NCBI RefSeq assembly: GCF_044324785.1
Contig: NZ_CP172127.1
Length of the DNA: 64,000 bases
Direction: 5' to 3' (one strand)
Origin: Escherichia coli
GTDB taxonomy: Bacteria; Pseudomonadota; Gammaproteobacteria; Enterobacterales; Enterobacteriaceae
In this document: one piece after another, positions 1 to 11,235 of the stretch
How positions within the stretch are numbered: position 1 is the stretch's first letter
Layout of the letters: every line of letters starts with the position of its first letter
Notes under the pieces: model-generated
What the model was told of the DNA's origin: nothing
Databases searched by the model: none
The model's input: only the letters and a program-made list of their open reading frames with translations
Position numbers and translations under genes: made by a program

Positions 1-12
1 TGCTGGCATTAA
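1..12 (+). CDS. argE: 3' end of acetylornithine deacetylase gene (partial; only the last 3 codons and stop are visible)
   Basis: Window opens in frame on Cys-Trp-His-stop (tgc tgg cat taa); remembered K-12 order puts argE immediately upstream of ppc on the same strand. Very short, so weakly supported. Confidence 0.35.
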   Translation, partial: CWH

Positions 13-46
13 AAAAGCAAATCAGGCTGATGACAAAGCCATGCAA

Positions 47-106
47 GCGCACGGACAGTCCCCTCGCCCCTTCGGGGAGAGGGTTAGGGTGAGGGGAAAA
101 CCGTGC
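47..106. repeat. GC-rich imperfect-palindromic intergenic repeat (boxC-like; family assignment tentative), copy 1 of 3
   Basis: Motif gtcccctcgccccttcggggagagggttagggtgaggggaaaa recurs near-identically at 62581-62625 and in rearranged form at 15603-15706; always intergenic. Confidence 0.6.
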
Positions 107-423
107 CCATACTGACCCGTAAGCGAGTTTGTCAGCAATCTCAAATGATGCCCAAATGGTAACTACAACTCATAACTCTTTGGTGTTAATTGAGGCGATT
201 TTTTAACATTCCCATAAGTTACGCTTATTTAAAGCGTCGTGAATTTAATGGCGTAAATTCCTGCTATTTATTCGTTTGCTGAAGCGATTTCGCAGCATTT
301 GACGTCATCGCTTTTACGTGGCTTTATAAAAGACGACGAAAAGCAAAGCCCGAGCATATTCGCGCCAATGCGACGTGAAGGATACAGGGCTATCAAACGA
401 TAAGATGGGGTGTCTGGGGTAAT

Positions 424-3075
424 ATGAACGAACAATATTCCGCATTGCGTAGTAATGTCAGTATGCTCGGCAAAGTGCTGGGAGAAACCATCAAGGATGC
501 GTTGGGAGAACACATTCTTGAACGCGTAGAAACTATCCGTAAGTTGTCGAAATCTTCACGCGCTGGCAATGATGCTAACCGCCAGGAGTTGCTCACCACC
601 TTACAAAATTTGTCGAACGACGAGCTGCTGCCCGTTGCGCGTGCGTTTAGTCAGTTCCTGAACCTGGCCAACACCGCTGAGCAATACCACAGCATTTCGC
701 CGAAAGGCGAAGCTGCCAGCAACCCGGAAGTGATCGCCCGCACCCTGCGTAAACTGAAAAACCAGCCGGAACTGAGCGAAGACACCATCAAAAAAGCAGT
801 GGAATCGCTGTCGCTGGAACTGGTCCTCACGGCTCACCCAACCGAAATTACCCGTCGTACACTGATCCACAAAATGGTGGAAGTGAACGCCTGTTTAAAA
901 CAGCTCGATAACAAAGATATCGCCGACTACGAACACAACCAGCTGATGCGCCGCCTGCGCCAGTTGATCGCCCAGTCATGGCATACCGATGAAATCCGTA
1001 AACTGCGTCCAAGCCCGGTAGATGAAGCCAAATGGGGCTTTGCCGTAGTAGAAAACAGCCTGTGGCAAGGCGTACCGAATTACCTGCGCGAACTGAACGA
1101 ACAACTGGAAGAGAATCTCGGCTACAAACTGCCCGTCGAATTTGTTCCAGTCCGTTTTACCTCGTGGATGGGCGGTGACCGCGACGGCAACCCGAACGTC
1201 ACTGCCGATATCACCCGCCACGTCCTGCTGCTCAGTCGCTGGAAAGCCACCGATCTGTTCCTGAAAGATATTCAGGTGCTGGTTTCTGAACTGTCGATGG
1301 TTGAAGCGACCCCTGAACTGCTGGCGCTGGTTGGCGAAGAAGGTGCCGCAGAACCGTATCGCTATCTGATGAAAAACCTGCGTTCTCGCCTGATGGCGAC
1401 ACAGGCATGGCTGGAAGCGCGCCTGAAAGGCGAAGAACTGCCAAAACCAGAAGGCCTGCTGACACAAAACGAAGAACTGTGGGAACCGCTCTACGCTTGC
1501 TACCAGTCACTTCAGGCGTGTGGCATGGGTATTATCGCCAACGGCGATCTGCTCGACACCCTGCGCCGCGTGAAATGTTTCGGCGTACCGCTGGTCCGTA
1601 TTGATATCCGTCAGGAGAGCACCCGCCATACCGAAGCGCTGGGCGAGCTGACCCGCTACCTCGGTATCGGCGACTACGAAAGCTGGTCAGAGGCCGACAA
1701 ACAGGCGTTCCTGATCCGCGAACTGAACTCCAAACGTCCGCTGCTACCGCGCAACTGGCAACCAAGCGCCGAAACGCGCGAAGTGCTCGATACCTGCCAG
1801 GTGATTGCCGAAGCACCGCAAGGCTCCATTGCCGCCTACGTGATCTCGATGGCGAAAACGCCGTCCGACGTGCTTGCTGTCCACCTGCTGCTGAAAGAAG
1901 CGGGTATCGGCTTTGCGATGCCGGTTGCTCCGCTGTTTGAAACTCTCGATGACCTGAACAACGCCAACGATGTCATGACTCAGTTGCTGAATATCGACTG
2001 GTATCGCGGCCTGATTCAGGGCAAACAGATGGTGATGATTGGCTATTCCGACTCAGCAAAAGATGCGGGCGTGATGGCAGCGTCCTGGGCGCAATATCAG
2101 GCACAGGATGCATTAATCAAAACCTGCGAAAAAGCGGGTATTGAGCTGACGTTGTTCCACGGTCGCGGCGGTTCCATTGGTCGCGGCGGCGCACCTGCTC
2201 ATGCGGCGCTGCTGTCACAACCGCCAGGAAGCCTGAAAGGTGGCCTGCGCGTGACTGAACAGGGCGAGATGATCCGCTTTAAATATGGTCTGCCAGAAAT
2301 CACCGTCAGCAGCCTGTCGCTTTACACCGGGGCGATTCTGGAAGCCAACCTGCTGCCACCACCTGAGCCGAAAGAGAGCTGGCGTCGCATTATGGATGAA
2401 CTATCAGTCATCTCCTGCGATCTCTACCGTGGCTACGTACGTGAAAACAAAGATTTTGTGCCTTACTTCCGCTCCGCTACGCCGGAACAGGAACTGGGCA
2501 AACTGCCGTTGGGTTCACGTCCGGCGAAACGTCGCCCAACCGGCGGCGTCGAGTCACTACGCGCCATTCCGTGGATCTTCGCCTGGACGCAAAACCGTCT
2601 GATGCTCCCCGCCTGGCTGGGTGCAGGTACGGCGCTGCAAAAAGTGGTCGAAGATGGCAAACAGAGCGAGCTGGAGGCTATGTGCCGCGATTGGCCATTC
2701 TTCTCGACGCGTCTCGGCATGCTGGAGATGGTCTTCGCCAAAGCAGACCTGTGGCTGGCGGAATACTATGATCAACGTCTGGTAGACAAAGCACTGTGGC
2801 CGTTAGGTAAAGAGTTACGCAATCTGCAAGAAGAAGACATCAAAGTGGTGCTGGCGATTGCCAACGATTCCCATCTGATGGCCGATCTGCCGTGGATTGC
2901 AGAGTCTATTCAGCTACGGAATATTTACACCGACCCGCTGAACGTATTGCAGGCCGAGTTGCTGCACCGCTCCCGCCAGGCAGAAAAAGAAGGCCATGAG
3001 CCGGATCCTCGCGTCGAGCAGGCGTTAATGGTCACTATTGCCGGGATTGCGGCAGGTATGCGTAATACCGGCTAA
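424..3075 (+). CDS. ppc: phosphoenolpyruvate carboxylase
   Basis: 883-aa ORF starting [29 protein letters not shown], recognised as E. coli Ppc; length matches. Confidence 0.97.
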   Translation: MNEQYSALRSNVSMLGKVLGETIKDALGEHILERVETIRKLSKSSRAGNDANRQELLTTLQNLSNDELLPVARAFSQFLNLANTAEQYHSISPKGEAASNPEVIARTLRKLKNQPELSEDTIKKAVESLSLELVLTAHPTEITRRTLIHKMVEVNACLKQLDNKDIADYEHNQLMRRLRQLIAQSWHTDEIRKLRPSPVDEAKWGFAVVENSLWQGVPNYLRELNEQLEENLGYKLPVEFVPVRFTSWMGGDRDGNPNVTADITRHVLLLSRWKATDLFLKDIQVLVSELSMVEATPELLALVGEEGAAEPYRYLMKNLRSRLMATQAWLEARLKGEELPKPEGLLTQNEELWEPLYACYQSLQACGMGIIANGDLLDTLRRVKCFGVPLVRIDIRQESTRHTEALGELTRYLGIGDYESWSEADKQAFLIRELNSKRPLLPRNWQPSAETREVLDTCQVIAEAPQGSIAAYVISMAKTPSDVLAVHLLLKEAGIGFAMPVAPLFETLDDLNNANDVMTQLLNIDWYRGLIQGKQMVMIGYSDSAKDAGVMAASWAQYQAQDALIKTCEKAGIELTLFHGRGGSIGRGGAPAHAALLSQPPGSLKGGLRVTEQGEMIRFKYGLPEITVSSLSLYTGAILEANLLPPPEPKESWRRIMDELSVISCDLYRGYVRENKDFVPYFRSATPEQELGKLPLGSRPAKRRPTGGVESLRAIPWIFAWTQNRLMLPAWLGAGTALQKVVEDGKQSELEAMCRDWPFFSTRLGMLEMVFAKADLWLAEYYDQRLVDKALWPLGKELRNLQEEDIKVVLAIANDSHLMADLPWIAESIQLRNIYTDPLNVLQAELLHRSRQAEKEGHEPDPRVEQALMVTIAGIAAGMRNTG

Positions 3076-3089
3076 TCTTCCTCTCCTGC

Positions 3090-3124
3090 AAACCCTCGCG
3101 CTTTTGCGCGAGGGTTTTCTGAAA
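3090..3124 (+). terminator. rho-independent terminator downstream of ppc
   Basis: Inverted repeat aaaccctcgcgc-ttttg-cgcgagggttt followed by a T-rich tail, directly after the ppc stop. Confidence 0.7.
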
Positions 3125-3257
3125 TACTTCTGTTCTAACACCCTCGTTTTCAATATATTTCTGTCTGCATTTTATTCAAATTCTGGATATCCCTTCAGAT
3201 ATCCTTAAGGAATTGTCGGTACATTCGGCGATATTTTTTTCAAGACAGGTTCTTACT

Positions 3258-4991
3258 ATGCATTCCACAGAAGTCCAGGCTAAACCTCTTTTTAGCTGGA
3301 AAGCCCTGGGTTGGGCACTGCTCTACTTTTGGTTTTTCTCTACTCTGCTACAGGCCATTATTTACATCAGTGGTTATAGTGGTACTAACGGCATTCGCGA
3401 CTCGCTGTTATTCAGTTCGCTGTGGTTGATCCCGGTATTCCTCTTTCCGAAGCGGATTAAAATTATTGCCGCAGTGATCGGCGTGGTGCTATGGGCGGCC
3501 TCTCTGGCGGCGCTGTGCTATTACGTCATCTACGGTCAGGAGTTCTCGCAGAGCGTTCTGTTTGTGATGTTCGAAACCAACACCAACGAAGCCAGCGAGT
3601 ATTTAAGCCAGTATTTCAGCCTGAAAATTGTGCTTATCGCGCTGGCCTATACGGCGGTGGCAGTTCTGCTGTGGACACGCCTGCGCCCGGTCTATATTCC
3701 AAAGCCGTGGCGTTATGTTGTCTCTTTTGCCCTGCTTTATGGCTTGATTCTGCATCCGATCGCCATGAATACGTTTATCAAGAACAAGCCGTTTGAGAAA
3801 ACGTTGGATAACCTGGCATCGCGTATGGAGCCTGCCGCACCGTGGCAATTCCTGACCGGCTATTATCAGTATCGTCAGCAACTAAACTCGCTAACAAAGC
3901 TACTGAATGAAAATAATGCCTTGCCGCCGCTGGCTAATTTCAAAGATGAATCGGGTAACGAACCGCGCACCTTAGTGCTGGTAATTGGCGAGTCGACCCA
4001 GCGTGGACGCATGAGTCTGTACGGTTATCCGCGTGAAACCACGCCGGAGCTGGATGCGCTGCATAAAACCGATCCTAATCTGACCGTGTTTAATAACGTA
4101 GTTACGTCTCGTCCGTACACCATTGAAATCCTGCAACAGGCGCTGACCTTTGCCAATGAAAAGAACCCGGACCTGTACCTGACACAGCCGTCGCTGATGA
4201 ACATGATGAAACAGGCGGGTTATAAAACCTTCTGGATCACCAACCAGCAGACAATGACCGCCCGCAATACCATGCTGACGGTATTTTCGCGCCAGACCGA
4301 CAAGCAGTACTACATGAACCAGCAACGTACGCAGAGTGCGCGTGAATACGACACCAACGTGCTGAAGCCGTTCCAGGAAGTGTTGAAGGACCCTGCACCG
4401 AAGAAACTGATCATCGTTCATCTGCTGGGTACGCATATCAAATACAAATACCGCTACCCGGAAAATCAGGGCAAGTTTGATGACAATACCGATCATGTTC
4501 CACCGGGATTAAGCGCAGAAGAGCTGGAGTCATATAACGATTATGACAACGCTAACCTGTATAACGATCATGTGGTTGCCAGCCTGATTAAAGACTTTAA
4601 AGCAGCAGACCCGAACGGTTTCCTGGTTTACTTCTCTGACCACGGTGAAGAGGTTTACGACACGCCGCCGCACAAAACTCAGGGGCGTAATGAAGACAAC
4701 CCGACGCGTCATATGTACACCATTCCGTTCCTGCTGTGGACGTCAGAAAAATGGCAAGCGACTCATCCGCGTGATTTCTCACAGGATGTTGATCGTAAAT
4801 ACAGCCTGGCGGAATTGATCCACACCTGGTCAGATTTAGCGGGCTTATCTTACGACGGTTACGACCCAACCCGTTCAGTGGTGAATCCGCAGTTCAAAGA
4901 AACTACCCGCTGGATTGGTAACCCGTACAAGAAAAACGCGCTGATCGATTACGACACGCTGCCGTATGGCGACCAGGTAGGTAATCAGTAA
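3258..4991 (+). CDS. eptC: phosphoethanolamine transferase (LPS core modification), sulfatase-family membrane protein
   Basis: ORF 3213-4991; the remembered EptC/YijP N-terminus MHSTEVQAKPLFSWKALGW begins at the internal ATG 3258 (577 aa). Multi-TM N-terminus plus sulfatase-like C-terminus. Confidence 0.9.
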   Translation: MHSTEVQAKPLFSWKALGWALLYFWFFSTLLQAIIYISGYSGTNGIRDSLLFSSLWLIPVFLFPKRIKIIAAVIGVVLWAASLAALCYYVIYGQEFSQSVLFVMFETNTNEASEYLSQYFSLKIVLIALAYTAVAVLLWTRLRPVYIPKPWRYVVSFALLYGLILHPIAMNTFIKNKPFEKTLDNLASRMEPAAPWQFLTGYYQYRQQLNSLTKLLNENNALPPLANFKDESGNEPRTLVLVIGESTQRGRMSLYGYPRETTPELDALHKTDPNLTVFNNVVTSRPYTIEILQQALTFANEKNPDLYLTQPSLMNMMKQAGYKTFWITNQQTMTARNTMLTVFSRQTDKQYYMNQQRTQSAREYDTNVLKPFQEVLKDPAPKKLIIVHLLGTHIKYKYRYPENQGKFDDNTDHVPPGLSAEELESYNDYDNANLYNDHVVASLIKDFKAADPNGFLVYFSDHGEEVYDTPPHKTQGRNEDNPTRHMYTIPFLLWTSEKWQATHPRDFSQDVDRKYSLAELIHTWSDLAGLSYDGYDPTRSVVNPQFKETTRWIGNPYKKNALIDYDTLPYGDQVGNQ

Positions 4992-5054
4992 ATGACCTTT
5001 GTATCGCGTCTGGCGCTATTTGCCGGATGCGATACTGTCACAATGTTTACATCG

Positions 5055-5084
5055 AACTCCCCTCAGGCCACACTTTTCAGGTGG
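5055..5084 (+). terminator. rho-independent terminator downstream of eptC
   Basis: Hairpin aggccacac-ttttca-ggtggcct followed by tttttt. Confidence 0.65.
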
Positions 5085-5139
5085 CCTTTTTTAATAATGC
5101 CAGTTACTGTTTTCCCGTCTACATACCTAAGGGAATAAC

Positions 5140-5991
5140 ATGTATCACGACGTCAGCTATCTGCTCTCCCGCCTGATCAACGGCCCGCTGTCCCTGCGCC
5201 AGATTTACTTTGCCAGCAGTAACGGCCCGGTGCCCGATCTTGCGTATCAGGTCGATTTTCCACGACTGGAAATTGTGCTGGAAGGTGAGTTTGTTGATAC
5301 CGGCGCTGGAGCAACGTTAGTTCCCGGCGATGTGCTGTACGTTCCCGCTGGTGGCTGGAATTTTCCACAATGGCAAGCCCCCGCCACTACCTTTAGCGTG
5401 CTGTTTGGCAAACAGCAACTCGGCTTCAGCGTCGTGCAATGGGATGGCAAACAATATCAAAATCTGGCGAAGCAACACGTCGCCCGACGCGGCCCACGCA
5501 TAGGCTCTTTTCTGCTACAAACGCTCAATGAAATGCAAATGCAGTCGCAGGAGCAGCAAACGGCAAGGCTTATCGTCGCCAGCCTGCTTAGCCACTGCCG
5601 CGATTTGCTTGGCAGCCAAATCCAGACCGCCTCACGCAGCCAGGCACTGTTCGAAGCTATTCGTGATTATATCGACGAACGCTATGCCTCCGCGCTTACC
5701 CGCGAATCTGTCGCACAGGCATTCTATATTTCGCCAAATTACCTCTCGCACCTGTTTCAAAAAACGGGGGCCATTGGTTTTAACGAATACCTGAATCACA
5801 CGCGACTGGAGCACGCTAAGACGTTGTTGAAAGGCTATGACCTGAAGGTAAAAGAAGTGGCGCACGCCTGCGGCTTTGTCGACAGCAACTACTTCTGCCG
5901 TCTGTTTCGTAAAAATACCGAACGCTCACCGTCGGAATATCGTCGGCAGTACCACAGCCAACTGACAGAAAAACCGACTACTCCAGAATGA
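5140..5991 (+). CDS. yijO: AraC-family transcriptional regulator
   Basis: 283-aa ORF with a C-terminal AraC-type HTH region (NYLSHLFQK...SPSEYRRQ); position matches K-12 yijO. 3' end overlaps the convergent frwD by 14 bp. Confidence 0.9.
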   Translation: MYHDVSYLLSRLINGPLSLRQIYFASSNGPVPDLAYQVDFPRLEIVLEGEFVDTGAGATLVPGDVLYVPAGGWNFPQWQAPATTFSVLFGKQQLGFSVVQWDGKQYQNLAKQHVARRGPRIGSFLLQTLNEMQMQSQEQQTARLIVASLLSHCRDLLGSQIQTASRSQALFEAIRDYIDERYASALTRESVAQAFYISPNYLSHLFQKTGAIGFNEYLNHTRLEHAKTLLKGYDLKVKEVAHACGFVDSNYFCRLFRKNTERSPSEYRRQYHSQLTEKPTTPE

Positions 5992-6319
5992 GATGGGTTT
6001 GCTGCGGCGCAGAAAGCACTTTGCGTACCGCGCTCATCACCCGCTGCGGCTCACGCAGGAAAGCGTAGATGCTGCATTGCACATAGCGGCAATGTTCAAA
6101 TCGCTCGGCACCGGCAAGCTCGATATCCGTAATCAACAGAGCAACATCCGCGCGACGGATATCCTCGTCCGCTAAACGATTCTCCGTTCCCAACGCGCCC
6201 TGAGTTTCAATGCTGACGCCCCACTTCTCTAACAGGCACAACTTTTCCAGCCGTTCCGCCGCCATATAAGTATGCGCCACGCCGCTTACGCAGGCGGTTA
6301 CTGCCACCAGGTATGCCAT
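5978..6319 (-). CDS. frwD: PTS fructose-like EIIB component
   Basis: 113-aa ORF MAYLVAVTACVSGVAHTYMAAERLE with the EIIB(Fru) active-site Cys motif (TAC.SGVAHTYMAAE). Confidence 0.9.
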   Translation of the reverse strand: MAYLVAVTACVSGVAHTYMAAERLEKLCLLEKWGVSIETQGALGTENRLADEDIRRADVALLITDIELAGAERFEHCRYVQCSIYAFLREPQRVMSAVRKVLSAPQQTHLILE

Positions 6320-6320
6320 T

Positions 6321-7199
6321 TTAACCTCCCACGGTAACCTGAAATCCGGCCCGTTCTGCCATTTCGCGCATCGTTGCTACATCAGCTGACGACGGCGCAG
6401 GCACCTCTTTCATCGACCATGTTTTCCCCAGCAGGCGGTATTTTGGTTCGCCGTACTGATGAAACGGTAAAAGATGGATCTGCCTGATATTCAGCGGGAT
6501 CAGCACGTCCAGCGCCTGCTGCATATTCTCCCGGCTGAGCGTAAAACCAGGGATCAGCGGTAAACGCGGGATCACGTTGACGCCCTCACTCACCAGCAAA
6601 CGCAGATTCTCCAGCACGCGTGGCAGGTTCATCTTCACCACATCCCGCGCCTGAGTCACGTCCATAATTTTTAAATCGAACAACACTTCATCGCACAATT
6701 TCGCCAGCGGTAACAGCTTGCTGGCTGGCGCGTCTCCGGCAGTTTCAATGGCACATGACACACCCCACAGCCGCAGTCGCTGTAAAAAACGGGTAGCAAA
6801 TTCCGCCTGCATTAACACTTCGCCGCCAGAAAGCGTGACGCCGCCGCCGGACGTGCGAAAGAAAATGTCATCTTTCATCACTTCCCGTTCCAGCGCGTCA
6901 AGGCTGATATCGCGACCAATCCGTTCAAACGCCCCGGAGGGGCATTCATCCGCATCACGCAAACATTTCGCACAGTGCAGACATTTCGCCTCTCTGCGTA
7001 CCGTCTGGATTTTGCCTGAGATCGACTCCGGATTAGCACACCACGGGCAAAGATGCGGACAGCCTTTAAAAAAGACCACCGTACGAATGCCCTCGCCGTC
7101 ATTCAGTGAATAACGCTGAATGTTGAAAATGCGCGCCACATCATCGCGGCGCGTTTCCACAACGTTACAGCTGATGCGCTGTCCGGCGGATGATGTCAT
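6321..7199 (-). CDS. pflC: glycyl-radical enzyme activating protein (radical SAM; pyruvate formate-lyase 2 activase)
   Basis: ORF track gives 315 aa; the remembered PflC start MTSSAGQRISCNVVETRRDD corresponds to ATG at 7199 (292 aa). Radical-SAM Cys cluster CPHLCPWC present. Overlaps the pflD 3' end. Confidence 0.9.
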   Translation of the reverse strand: MTSSAGQRISCNVVETRRDDVARIFNIQRYSLNDGEGIRTVVFFKGCPHLCPWCANPESISGKIQTVRREAKCLHCAKCLRDADECPSGAFERIGRDISLDALEREVMKDDIFFRTSGGGVTLSGGEVLMQAEFATRFLQRLRLWGVSCAIETAGDAPASKLLPLAKLCDEVLFDLKIMDVTQARDVVKMNLPRVLENLRLLVSEGVNVIPRLPLIPGFTLSRENMQQALDVLIPLNIRQIHLLPFHQYGEPKYRLLGKTWSMKEVPAPSSADVATMREMAERAGFQVTVGG

Positions 7200-9462
7200 C
7201 CTGGATCTCCTTCGACAGTTCGACAAAGAAGGCGCTGTATCCGGCAACGCGCACCACCAGCCCGGCATAATCTTGTGGGCGCTGTTGCGCTTCCCGCAAC
7301 GTGTCGGCGTTCACCACGTTAAACTGAATGTGTTGTAACTTAAGCTGGGTAAATGCCCGTAAGAAGTCGGCCAGTTTGCGTAATCCCGCTTCACCTTCCA
7401 GGGTCGCCGGAGTGAATTTCACGTTCAGCAACGTACCGTTAGACAGCAGCGTATTATCGAGCTTACTGACTGACTTCAGTACCGCCGTTGGCCCTTGTGC
7501 GTCCTGACCCAGCATAGGTGACAAGCCGCCGTCTGCCAGTTGTTCCCCGGCAAAACGACCGTCTGGCGTCGCGCCAACCACCGATCCCAACGGGACGTGA
7601 GCAGAAACGGTATACGATCCCGGCGTGAAGTAGCCGCCGCGCGGGTTTTGGTATTTTTCCACTTCTTTGCAGTAGTGGCGTAACAGTTCGGCGCTAATGT
7701 TATCCACCTCGTCGATATCGTTACCGTATTTCTCGAAGCGGTTAATTAAGCGAGCGCGGACTTTTTCGCCTTCTGGCGTTGCGAAGTTGGCTTTTAATAC
7801 CGACAGCAATTCGTCAAAACTTAAACGCTGTTGATCAAAAACCATCCCTTTCAACGCATGGAGAGAATCGCTCAGGTTGGCGATACCAATTCCCTGTACG
7901 CCGGAGAAGTTATAACGCGCGCCGCCATCGGTAATATCGCGACCTTTTTCCAGACAATCGCTGATAAAAGACGAGAGCAGCGGTACAGGTGCCCAGTCGC
8001 GATGGCCGATATCACAAATATTGCTGCCCTCTACCATCAGGGTGATGTAGTGGCTGATCTTGGCGCGGATCTGCTCCAGTAAACCTTCATAAGTCAGCGC
8101 AGCATTGCCTTCATTTTCATGCAGGCAGATTTCCATCACTTTCAGCAGATTAAACATCGCGATGTCATGCAAGCCGTAGGTTCTGCCGGGAATAGATAAT
8201 TCCACACAGCCCACTACGGAATAGTCGCGCGCATCTTCCAGCGAAACGCCACGGTTGAGGAACGCTGGTACCACCACTTCATCGTTAAAGATTTGCGGAA
8301 TGCCGGTGCCGAGGCGAATGGTTTCTGCGGTTTTCATCAGGAACGGCGTGTCGATCAAGGCGTTAGTTCGCACACCGAGGTTCGGTTGCGGTAATTGCAC
8401 GCTTTGATAAGCGTCAAGGCAGAGGAACGAAAGCACGTTCACCGCGCTACGTCCGTTTTCGGTTAACCCGCCGAGCAGTGCGGTATAGCCGGTCGGGAAA
8501 CCTGCGAAATAACGCGCACTGCTGGTGGAGCGCAACAGCACGATGTCGTTGCATTTCACCCATAAAGATTCGAGCAGTTCTTTCAGGAACGCCGGATCTT
8601 CGCCCTGGGTTAATGATGCCTGATAGAACGGCAACATATACTGGTCGAAGCGCCCCAACGATAGCGAACTGGCGTTGGATTCGTATTGCAGAATGATGTT
8701 CATGTACCAGAATAACTGGCACGCCTGCCAGAACGTCTGCGGCTTATGTTCGGCGTTATGGCGAGAGATCTCCGCAATAGTCAGCAGTTCTTCGCGACGC
8801 TGGGCATCTGTGCAGTTTGCCGCCATCGTTTCCGCCAGTTCGGCGTAACGCAAAATGTGTTTCTGCGAGGCTTCGAGCAGTAACAGCGCTGCCTGATAAA
8901 AGTGATTCTCCGGCTGTTGCTGACAATGTTGCTGCATTTGCGCTACCAGCTCACCCAGCCCGTGATTCAGCAGGCGCGGGTAATCAATAATAATGTGCCC
9001 CTGGCCTTTATCCGTCTGGTTGATGCTGAAAATCTGCGTGCTGGTCGCGGCTTTTACTTCATCCGTCATCTGCCCGTTAATGAAATCTTTCATCGAACGT
9101 TTTTCCCAGTACGGGAACAACTCTTCGCGGTAGATACGTTTATCTTCTTCGCTGATAGCAAAGCGGTCCTGCGGACGCGTCGGGAATTGATCCAGCTCTT
9201 TCAGCAGCCAGTAAGGGTCCATTTCCGGCGACATAATCCCGGCGCGTGGTTTTACGGTGCGGTTACCGGCAATCAGTTCTTCATCACGAATCGAAATTTC
9301 AACATGTTCAAGGATATACGCTGTTGCTTTCGCCCGGCGCAATATCACCGGTTCGCCTTCGGTTTGCCGATGGCTGGCGGTATAAAGCAGCGCCCGCTCC
9401 AGCGAGATTTCACGGGTATTGGCAAACAGTGCAGTTTTGAGGCGAGAGATACGATTCGTCAT
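7165..9462 (-). CDS. pflD: glycyl radical enzyme (putative formate acetyltransferase 2), substrate unknown
   Basis: 765-aa ORF MTNRISRLKTALFANTREISLERALLY; C-terminal glycyl-radical motif region VRVAGYSAFFVEL. Confidence 0.95.
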   Translation of the reverse strand: MTNRISRLKTALFANTREISLERALLYTASHRQTEGEPVILRRAKATAYILEHVEISIRDEELIAGNRTVKPRAGIMSPEMDPYWLLKELDQFPTRPQDRFAISEEDKRIYREELFPYWEKRSMKDFINGQMTDEVKAATSTQIFSINQTDKGQGHIIIDYPRLLNHGLGELVAQMQQHCQQQPENHFYQAALLLLEASQKHILRYAELAETMAANCTDAQRREELLTIAEISRHNAEHKPQTFWQACQLFWYMNIILQYESNASSLSLGRFDQYMLPFYQASLTQGEDPAFLKELLESLWVKCNDIVLLRSTSSARYFAGFPTGYTALLGGLTENGRSAVNVLSFLCLDAYQSVQLPQPNLGVRTNALIDTPFLMKTAETIRLGTGIPQIFNDEVVVPAFLNRGVSLEDARDYSVVGCVELSIPGRTYGLHDIAMFNLLKVMEICLHENEGNAALTYEGLLEQIRAKISHYITLMVEGSNICDIGHRDWAPVPLLSSFISDCLEKGRDITDGGARYNFSGVQGIGIANLSDSLHALKGMVFDQQRLSFDELLSVLKANFATPEGEKVRARLINRFEKYGNDIDEVDNISAELLRHYCKEVEKYQNPRGGYFTPGSYTVSAHVPLGSVVGATPDGRFAGEQLADGGLSPMLGQDAQGPTAVLKSVSKLDNTLLSNGTLLNVKFTPATLEGEAGLRKLADFLRAFTQLKLQHIQFNVVNADTLREAQQRPQDYAGLVVRVAGYSAFFVELSKEIQDDIIRRTAHQL

Positions 9463-9512
9463 GAGGAACTCCTGTGGGAAAGCGAACCCGCCCTTGCGAG
9501 CGGGAGAAGAAC

Positions 9513-9833
9513 TTAAGCGGTTTGTGCCAGGTGAGCTTCAATTTTGCTCATAATGGCATCAGCGCGTTTTACCGCGTCGCTGATGTTGACGCGCACGATG
9601 GTCTTGCCAGCAAAACGCTCTTCAAACTTGATGCCGATATCTTTGGTCAGAATCACCATATCGGCGCTCGCCACGTCTTCCGCAGTCAGTTCATTTTCCA
9701 GACCAATTGAGCCCTGGGTTTCTACTTTCACTTCCCAGCCTTTCGCTTTCGCGGCACTTTCCAGCGCCTCTGCCGCCATATAGGTATGGGCAACACCAGA
9801 TGGACACGCGGTTACTGCAATAATTTTCGTCAT
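9513..9833 (-). CDS. frwB: PTS fructose-like EIIB component
   Basis: 106-aa ORF MTKIIAVTACPSGVAHTYMAAEALE, EIIB(Fru)-type. Confidence 0.92.
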   Translation of the reverse strand: MTKIIAVTACPSGVAHTYMAAEALESAAKAKGWEVKVETQGSIGLENELTAEDVASADMVILTKDIGIKFEERFAGKTIVRVNISDAVKRADAIMSKIEAHLAQTA

Positions 9834-9847
9834 GGCTCGTTCCTCAA

Positions 9848-10927
9848 TTAATTAATTTCAAAATCCAAATCCAGGTCGTCTTCCTTCTCATCAGTCGAAG
9901 ACCCATTTTTACGCGCCAGACTTTTCAGCACGTTCACGCAGACTGCTGTCACAACCGCCCCGACAGCCACTGCTGCGATATAACCCAGCTTGCCTTCAAC
10001 CACCGGCAGCACAATCAGACCACCCCAGCCTGCATAGCACTGCGCACCGACCAGCGCCGCAGTTACCGCACCACAAACTGAACCGACCATGATGGAAGGA
10101 ATGACACGCAGCGGATCGGCAGCGGCGAAAGGAATCGCCCCTTCAGTAACGCCAACACAGCCCATCACCAGTGCCGCCTTGCCGGTTTCGCGCTCTTCTG
10201 CGGAGAAATTTTTACGACCAATCAGCGTCGCCAGCCCCATCCCCAGCGGCGGGATACAAATACCCACGGCAGCAATGGCCACCACGGTATAAACACCCTG
10301 AGCAACGCAAATCAGCATGAAGGCATAGGCCACTTTGTTAACCGGGCCGCCCATATCGAACGCCAGCATCAGACCCATGATCACCGCCAGCATAACAATG
10401 CTGCCCTGCTGCATCCCCTGAAGCCACTGAGTCAGGCTGTTGGTCAATGCCCCCACAGGCTCGCCCAGCCCCCACATCATGACGCCAGCGGTAATCAGTG
10501 TGCCGACGATAGGAATAATGAAGATTGGCATCACCGAGCGCAGAACTTTATGCACCGGAATTTTCTTCAGGTAATGCACCACGATGCCGCCGATAATCCC
10601 GGCGATCAGCGCACCAAAAAAACCCGCACCAAAGCTGTTACCGACCCAGGCACCGATAGCGCACGGGGCCAGCGCAGAGCGTTCTGCAATGGAATAACCG
10701 ATGTAAGCGGCGAGGAAAGGCACCATCAGCGTCAACCCCGCAACGCCGATATCAAACAGTTTTTTCAGATTCGGATCGGCTACGGCATCCGGCACTGCGC
10801 CTTTGCCATACAACATGACGGAAACCGCCAGCAAAATACCGCCCGATACCACGAAGGGAATCATGTGTGAAACGCCCGTCATTAAATGCTGACGGGTATT
10901 TTTCAGGATCTGCACCAACTCATTCAT
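9848..10927 (-). CDS. frwC: PTS fructose-like EIIC permease
   Basis: 359-aa polytopic membrane ORF, immediately upstream of frwB in the same operon orientation. Confidence 0.92.
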   Translation of the reverse strand: MNELVQILKNTRQHLMTGVSHMIPFVVSGGILLAVSVMLYGKGAVPDAVADPNLKKLFDIGVAGLTLMVPFLAAYIGYSIAERSALAPCAIGAWVGNSFGAGFFGALIAGIIGGIVVHYLKKIPVHKVLRSVMPIFIIPIVGTLITAGVMMWGLGEPVGALTNSLTQWLQGMQQGSIVMLAVIMGLMLAFDMGGPVNKVAYAFMLICVAQGVYTVVAIAAVGICIPPLGMGLATLIGRKNFSAEERETGKAALVMGCVGVTEGAIPFAAADPLRVIPSIMVGSVCGAVTAALVGAQCYAGWGGLIVLPVVEGKLGYIAAVAVGAVVTAVCVNVLKSLARKNGSSTDEKEDDLDLDFEIN

Positions 10928-11235
10928 AAGCTGCTCCCGGGCTTGCGAAAGCCCATGTCCATATTTTTGATGGAAGAAACAATAGGCAATCGCAGGCGGA
11001 GCAAACAGTGGATAAAAAGGCCATTTACTGGACTTTTGTAATATCAGTACAAAAATGCGATCCGCCTCATAACTTGCGATAATCCGGAAGTACGCCGCAA
11101 AACGGCGTCTTGTGAGACGCGTCGCAAATTGACGGTTACATTACATTTGTCCAGCTTTTGGCAGATTTGTCACATGGCAGGCCGTTGTCGTGCGCTCTTA
11201 TCCTGTAAACAGAAAACCGTACCGGGAGAAAGGCA

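Noticed and set aside
601-2775. Multiple 60-160-aa ORFs antisense or out of frame within ppc (e.g. 976-1467, 1232-1510, 2463-2741)
   Set aside because: They lie entirely inside a well-supported 883-aa coding gene; such antisense frames are expected in a GC-rich gene and show no independent signal.
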